The notes under the pieces were generated by a model, which made no database searches, was not told the DNA's origin, and saw only the letters and a program-made list of their open reading frames with translations. Of a stretch of DNA of 64,000 nt, positions 61,594 to 64,000 are shown one piece after another (position 1 is the stretch's first letter; every line of letters begins with the position of its first letter). Source of the DNA: Mobula hypostoma. Taxonomy: Eukaryota. Position numbers and translations under genes: made by a program. Where the stretch lies: NCBI RefSeq assembly GCF_963921235.1, contig NC_086107.1, positions 99,760,001-99,824,000 of the forward strand. The letters run 5' to 3'.

Positions 61594-61709
61594 CTTAATC
61601 ACCAGAATGTCGATAACCCTGGGGTCGGTGACGTGGGCGTTTCTCATAAACATCTCCCGCACTTTATCGCGTCCTTGTTTGACTGTGATATCGAGATGGA
61701 ACTTCTGTA
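61594..61709 (-). CDS. NDUFA6: NDUFA6 penultimate exon (first exon lies beyond the window)
   Basis: [38 protein letters not shown]. Boundaries cag/gtacag, 116 nt, joins in frame to the last exon. Confidence 0.96.
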
Positions 61710-62294
61710 CTGCAGAGGAGACACAATACCAACCATCAAGCAGTGATCAAACGTTGCTGGGTTCCACCTCACTCTCACAAGGCACAGAAATGTCATTTGG
61801 CCCAACTGATTAAAGTCGGAATATACAGTTTTCAAAAGATTCTTCCTATCCTAACACAACCTGAACAGCTATTATCCTTTTTTCTGGGACTTGTGGCTTA
61901 ACATAACTCAGCATATTGAGCAACAGTTCCAGCTTGGTTATTGGTCAATCAGCTCATGACAACTGTAGAGAAAAAATGTCATCCCATGGTTCAAATGTGT
62001 CAGTACCAGGCTGTCCTCACACTTGCAAAGAGTATCTGGCTCTCTCTCCCCACAGATCTTGCTTTCAGACGTCAAGCACAGGCTGCCTCGAGAAAAAGCG
62101 TGCTAGGACTGCAGTTCCACTGTATTACAATTCTGCAAGAATATGTCACTGGATGCAAGATGATCTGAGACATTGTAAAACTCTGAAAACTGCAACAGAA
62201 ACCCCAATTAACATCAGCCAAAGCTCGGCAGGCAGCATTGCCAACCATCTTCGTACCGTTAAGTTTAGGATCTATCCCAGGGACTGAGGCACAC

Positions 62295-63150
62295 AATTCA
62301 AAGTTCAAGGTAAATTTATTATTCAAGTACATATGTCACCATATGCAACCCTGAGATTCATTTTCTTGCAGGCATACTCAATAAATCCATAAAATGATAC
62401 CCATAATAGAATCAATGAAAGACCACACCAACTTTGGCATTCTACCAGACTGCAAAAGACAACAAACTGTGCCAATGCGAAAGTAATAATAATAATAAGA
62501 AGAAGAAGAAGAAGAAGCAATAAATATCAAGAACATGAGATAAAGAGTTCTTGAAAGTGAGTCTATAGGTTGTGAGAACAGTTCAGTGATGAGGCAAGTG
62601 AAGTTGAGTGCTTATCCTCTTTAAGAGACTGACGGTTGAGAGGTCATAACAGTTCCTGAACCTGGTGGTGAGTCCTGAGGCTCCTGTACCTTCTTCCTGA
62701 TGGCAGCAAAGAGAGAGCATAGCCTGGGTAGTGGAGTCCCTGTTGATGGATGCTGCTTTCCTGCGACAACACTCCATGTAGATGTCCACAATGGTGGAGA
62801 GGGTTTTTACCTGTGATGGACTGGGCCGTATCCACTACTTTTTGTAGGATTTTCCTTTTAAGAGCATTAGCTGTGATGAAAACAGTCAATATACTCTCCA
62901 CCATACATCTACAGAAGTTTATCAAAGTTTTAGGTGTCATGCCAAATCTTTGCAAATTCCAAACATAGTAGAGGCGCAGCATGCTTTCTTCATAATTGCA
63001 CTTACATGCTGGACGCAGGACAGGTCCTGTAAAATAATGACAGAGGAATTATAGGACACCGACCCCCTCCACCTCTGATACTCCAATGAGGACCGGTTCA
63101 TGGACCTCCAGTTCCCTCCTCCTGAAGTCCATAATCATCTCCTTGGTCTT
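62295..63150 (-). mobile_element. Rex1/Babar-like LINE 3' fragment
   Basis: LQRFGMTPKTLINFCRCMVESILT...LQKVVDTAQSITG...LFSLLPSGRRYRS-type motif. tttgaact tail. Related copies at 21130-21598, 24672-25070, 49180-49460 and 53950-54612. Confidence 0.7.
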
Positions 63151-64000
63151 GGTCAAACTGACCCATCAGTAAATTAATGAGGAAGTGAGAGAGCCACATG
63201 TTAAACCAACAATCACCTTCCTTTCCAAGTGAATTCAAGATACACCGGGTCGAAGAACAAATGAGTTCAGACAAAGTCCTGGTTCCTCAGGCAACACCTT
63301 GCGCCAGATTATTTGGTGATTATATAATTGCTGTTTGAGATCTTGCTGTGCAAAAACTGGCCTCTACATTTTCTTCGTTAAGATGCAATACAAATGGAAA
63401 TGTGTAAGTGTGATATGAGAAGCAGGGGGAAGAAGAAGATTTCATGAAAATGTAATCTATCTGTGTGCCTGCAGCCCAAGAAAGGAAACCTCTGGATCTA
63501 ATCCTGGGCAACAAAGCAGGAAACTTAATGGAAACAACGATATTATCTGACATAAAGTGGAAAAGGAAATGGAAGCACAAATACACTCGACTGGGAGGGG
63601 GATCTGGCCAGACACTGGAATCAAAATATATTGTGCTTCAAGTATTAAACAGTGGAAGCTCAGCTGTTCTGAGGGGCAGAATAACCTCCTGCAGGGGGCT
63701 GAGGTAGATAAGATAAAATTAGTTTTATATGTCCCAGGTACATTAAAACATACAGTGAAATGCGTTGTTTGTGTCAAATCGAATCAGTAAGGATTGTCCT
63801 GGGCAGCCGCTTTGGGCGCCAAATAGCGTGCCAAGTACGTAGCATAGGGAGCTGCATCGATGTTTCCAGCGCTTTAGCTCTGGAATGACTGAAGATAGAG
63901 AATAAAATGATAAGAAAAAGGTTGATGGTAATTTGTTCCACGATAGTGCAGAAAGCCCCGAGGTTATCAGGCAGGGAAGTCAGATAGATCAGGGGTCCCC

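Noticed and set aside
1..64000. Prokaryotic systems (CRISPR arrays, operons) and most short six-frame ORFs
   Set aside because: The DNA is spliced vertebrate sequence with no repeat-spacer array. The short ORFs are TE fragments, antisense shadows or chance.

Overview
Vertebrate genomic DNA, most likely a cartilaginous fish (shark or ray). That is inferred from the repeat content (CR1, Penelope, Rex1-like, RTE, V-SINE-like) and not proven. Three conserved genes are present. NAGA (alpha-N-acetylgalactosaminidase) is complete on the minus strand, with 8 coding exons (38770 down to 5915) giving 420 aa. SMDT1/EMRE is complete on the plus strand (99 aa), divergent from NAGA. The last two exons of NDUFA6 are on the minus strand. 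Introns are dense with nested transposable elements. The most striking object is a 3.47-kb Gypsy-type LTR element (10771-14238, minus) in the last NAGA intron. It has paired LTRs, a perfect tRNA-Pro primer-binding site and a PPT. Its RNase H/integrase core appears to be replaced by an intronless, internally deleted piece of a sarcomeric myosin heavy chain rod (MYH16-like), fused in frame to a degenerate RT, which suggests host-gene capture by a retrotransposon. Other notable items are Penelope-derived hammerhead ribozyme motifs in TSD-flanked mini-insertions, two L1 twin-priming-type inversions, a multi-layer nested TE stack and a MER2-like Tigger element. All family assignments come from reading motifs and from remembered consensus sequences; no database search was run.
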